Below, piece by piece: positions 61,282-64,000 of a stretch of DNA of 64,000 bases. Position 1 is the first letter of the stretch; every line of letters begins with the position of its first letter. The DNA is from Camelus ferus (Eukaryota): positions 115,198,001 through 115,262,000 of the forward strand of contig NC_045697.1 of assembly GCF_009834535.1 (NCBI RefSeq). Reading direction: 5' to 3'. The notes below the pieces were generated by a model. It saw only the letters and a list, made by a program, of their open reading frames with translations. It was not told the origin of the DNA and ran no database searches. Position numbers and translations under genes: made by a program.

Positions 61282-61632
61282 TGTCTTAGTCAAGGTTTTG
61301 CAGGGAAAAAAAAAAAACAGAACCGTGTGTGTGTGTGTGTGTAATGAGATTTGTTTTAGGTCATTGACTCATATGCTTAGGGGAGCTGGCAAGTCCAAAA
61401 TCCAAAGGGCAGGTTGAAAATTCAAGCAAGAATTGACATTACAATTTTGATCTGAAATCTTTGGTGCAAGCCAGCAGTCTGGAATCTCAGATAAGATATC
61501 TGTTTCAGTCTTAATTAAAACTCCTTCTTCTTGAAGATGCTAATCAGATCTACAAAATACCTTCACAGAAATATCTAGAGTAGCCTTTGACCAAAACCTG
61601 GGCCCAATAGACACACAAATTTCACCATCATA
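61282..61632 (-). mobile_element. MLT2-type solo LTR
   Basis: 'tgtcttagtcaaggttttgcagg...ctggcaagtccaaaatc...tacaaaataccttcacagaaatatctagagtagcctttgaccaaa...aaatttcaccatcata'; 5-bp TSD atata/atatg. Confidence 0.85.
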
Positions 61633-61659
61633 ATATGTCCTGAAAAATGTCCAGATCAA

Positions 61660-62990
61660 TAGAACTCAGCACATTAATAAGTCATAATTCCTCAGAATTT
61701 ATAAAATATATATACTGTTAAAATTTTATTTATATAAAATAATATTTTTGTAATATTTTCTGTATAGCTAAAAACAAAAACTAGTGAAAAACAGAAACAC
61801 AAAACAATCCATCAATGAGGAAACAAAAAAGTAAGTTATGATATATTTGTACAGAGCATTACTATGTCTGTTTTGGGCATCCCTTCTGCAGAGAAAAGTT
61901 TAAAAATCAAGACATACCACTTTTTAAAATTAATTTGAAACTACCAATTATCGAAGGAGTGACAAATGTGAAACAGTATAACATTTGGAAAAAGAAAAGT
62001 CTTTTATAGTATGAAATCGATTGCCATCTAGGCCAAAAAAAAAAAAAGGAAATTTACCCCTAATTCACACTGTTCACAATTGTAGACTGTAATTCCAAAT
62101 TATAATTCACATTGTAGATATAAATGTAAAAGTAAACTAATAAAATTACTAAGAGATTGCTCAGAATAATATTTTCATGAGTTTGAGTTTGGAAAAGCAT
62201 TTAATATTTAGAAGAATCTTATAAAGTTAGATTATGCTAATATTAAGAAATTCTGTTCATCAAAAGATACATGAATGCATGAACAGGCAAACCAAAGACT
62301 ATGAGAATATAACTGAAACCAAGTATTCTTTTCTAGATTGTTAACATCATCTATAAAATAATATGAAAACACCAATTTAAAAAAATCTTGAACAAGAATT
62401 TTAAAATAGAATGGCCACATGGCTAAAAACATGAAAATGTGTTCAAACCCTTTAGTCACTAGGGAGATGCAAATGAAAATTACAAGTCATATGCTTTTAG
62501 AGACCCTCCAGAATTGCTTTAAAAAAAAACACTGAAATATCAATTTTTAGTGAAAATGTAGAAGAACTGAATTTTGATTTATACACTGCTGGTGGTAAAT
62601 AAATACTAAAACTATGAAAAAGAATTTTGGTGTACATGAAAAGATTTAAAATGTTTAATCATTTGGCACCTTAAACACATCTAGATTTTTATTTATGATT
62701 TTATACATCATGAAGTTATGCAAAATACAAATAAAAAGAAAGTGGTACAAAGGGTGCTATGTGGGTGATATAAAAATATTTTTATTTAGAAAACTGAGAA
62801 GTATGAAAATATATATTATTTTATCTCATTTGAGTATATAAAATTGATAGTCTTTCTCTGGAAGGAAATACAAGGAACTTTTTAGTACATGGCAAGTAGA
62901 AAAGTGGATGGGATACCCTTTTCATTCTATAAATTTATTTTTAAGTATTCTAATATGTATACAAATTACTTTTATATTAAAACAAATAAA
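61660..62990 (+). mobile_element. L1ME-type ORF2 end and 3' UTR fragments (at least two pieces)
   Basis: 'ttaagaaattctgttcatcaaaagatac', 'gaaaatgtgttcaaaccctttagtcactagggagatgcaaatgaaaattacaa', 'atacactgctggtggtaaat'. Confidence 0.75.
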
Positions 62991-63874
62991 AGAAAAATAT
63001 GGAGGACTGTGTAGTGATAATTAAAAATTTTGCAGTATAAAGTAATTTTATAGCAGGTTAAGTGGATTCTAAAAATAGGCAACTCAAAACAAGATCAGGG
63101 GAGTTGCTAGAAGAAAGTGCCTACCAGTATTTCCAAATTCATACTTGGTTTCCTAATGTTTTATAAGTTAATAATTTATTTAATATTCTACTTGTTTAAG
63201 TAAATATTTAATAAAAGCCACATTAGTTATTTATTTTATATTAAAATCATATTTTCAGTAGGGAAGCATTGAGAGGTTTAATTAATATTTCCCCTCTAAT
63301 TACTATTTAATAAAAGCAAACAAAGGGCCATATTATTGAGGTCTAATTCTTGTAATTGTCACCTCCACAGACTATAACACTGTATGTTTTCTGAACTTTC
63401 ATTTTGCCACACAACAATGGGTAGACAACAGTTTCCATTTCATATGGCTTTTGTTTGTTTTAATTAATTGCTCTTTCTAAAGCACTCAGACACTTCATGT
63501 TGAGGAATTCAGAAATTCAGTTTTTATCAATGTTGTTAATAGTCCTTTTTAAAACTTCCTCTTTTCTCTTGTGCTCTGGTTTTACTCTATATTTACACTA
63601 ACTTGAGTGTTATTATAGATTTTCATTTGTTGAAGTGTCCTTGCAACTATTCTTCTGTTGTGCTACTTAATCAAAAACATTTTAAATATGCTGAAATATG
63701 CTAAAGGGTAAAAAGAAAGAAAGGAGTATAGTGGTTATACACATTTGTTTTAAAGTGCCCTTTTGCTAATGCTACTTTTCCATTCTTTCTTTTTCCCTTT
63801 TTTTCTGTTTTTTTAAATAAAATATGTTCTATCTAAAATATGTTTTTAAAATATTTAAAATGTGCTTTTAATAA

Positions 63875-64000
63875 TCACTATATATAAAAATAGATAAAAA
63901 ACAAATTTCTTCTGTATAGCACAGGGAACTATATTCAATATGACACAGACATTATGCTGTACACTAGAAATTGACACATTGTAACTGACCGTAATTTAAT
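63875..64000 (+). mobile_element. Young L1 3' end with internal deletion (runs to the window edge)
   Basis: 'tagataaaaaacaaatttcttctgtatagcacagggaactatattcaatat|gacacagacattatgctgtacactagaaattgacacattgtaactgac'. Confidence 0.85.

Noticed and set aside
1..64000. Short ORFs in the six-frame track as protein-coding genes
   Set aside because: All are 165 aa or shorter, and most are low-complexity or map to L1/ERV/LTR sequence, often antisense. No multi-exon coding structure was recognised.

Overview
Mammalian genomic DNA: AT-rich, CpG-depleted and dense in interspersed repeats. A tRNA-derived SINE at ~39.5 kb and the young L1 3' ends suggest a cetartiodactyl, most likely a camelid (inference from recalled consensus sequences, not a database search). 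No intact protein-coding gene or RNA gene is visible; the window reads as a very long intron or gene-poor intergenic region. The only recognisable host-gene-derived sequence is a decayed, 5'-truncated processed pseudogene of MYBL2 (B-Myb) at ~19.1-20.7 kb, split by an ERV1 solo LTR. The rest is a layered TE record: old and young L1s, L2, MIR, MaLR/ERVL/ERV1 LTRs, three or four ERVL internal remnants and hAT MITEs. Best leads: (1) a 12-nt minus-strand microexon or recursive-splice-like site with strong splice signals, lying between two inverted LTRs of one family; (2) a TSD-bounded chimeric L1 whose 3' end is replaced by an ancient L1M-type 3' terminus; (3) an ERVL provirus with its protease/RT block inverted; (4) a probable L1 3' transduction; (5) a CpG-enriched non-repeat island with a UBZ-like motif in a short ORF. 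I see no strong evidence for a wholly new biological system. Repeat subfamily names come from memory and boundaries without TSDs are approximate.
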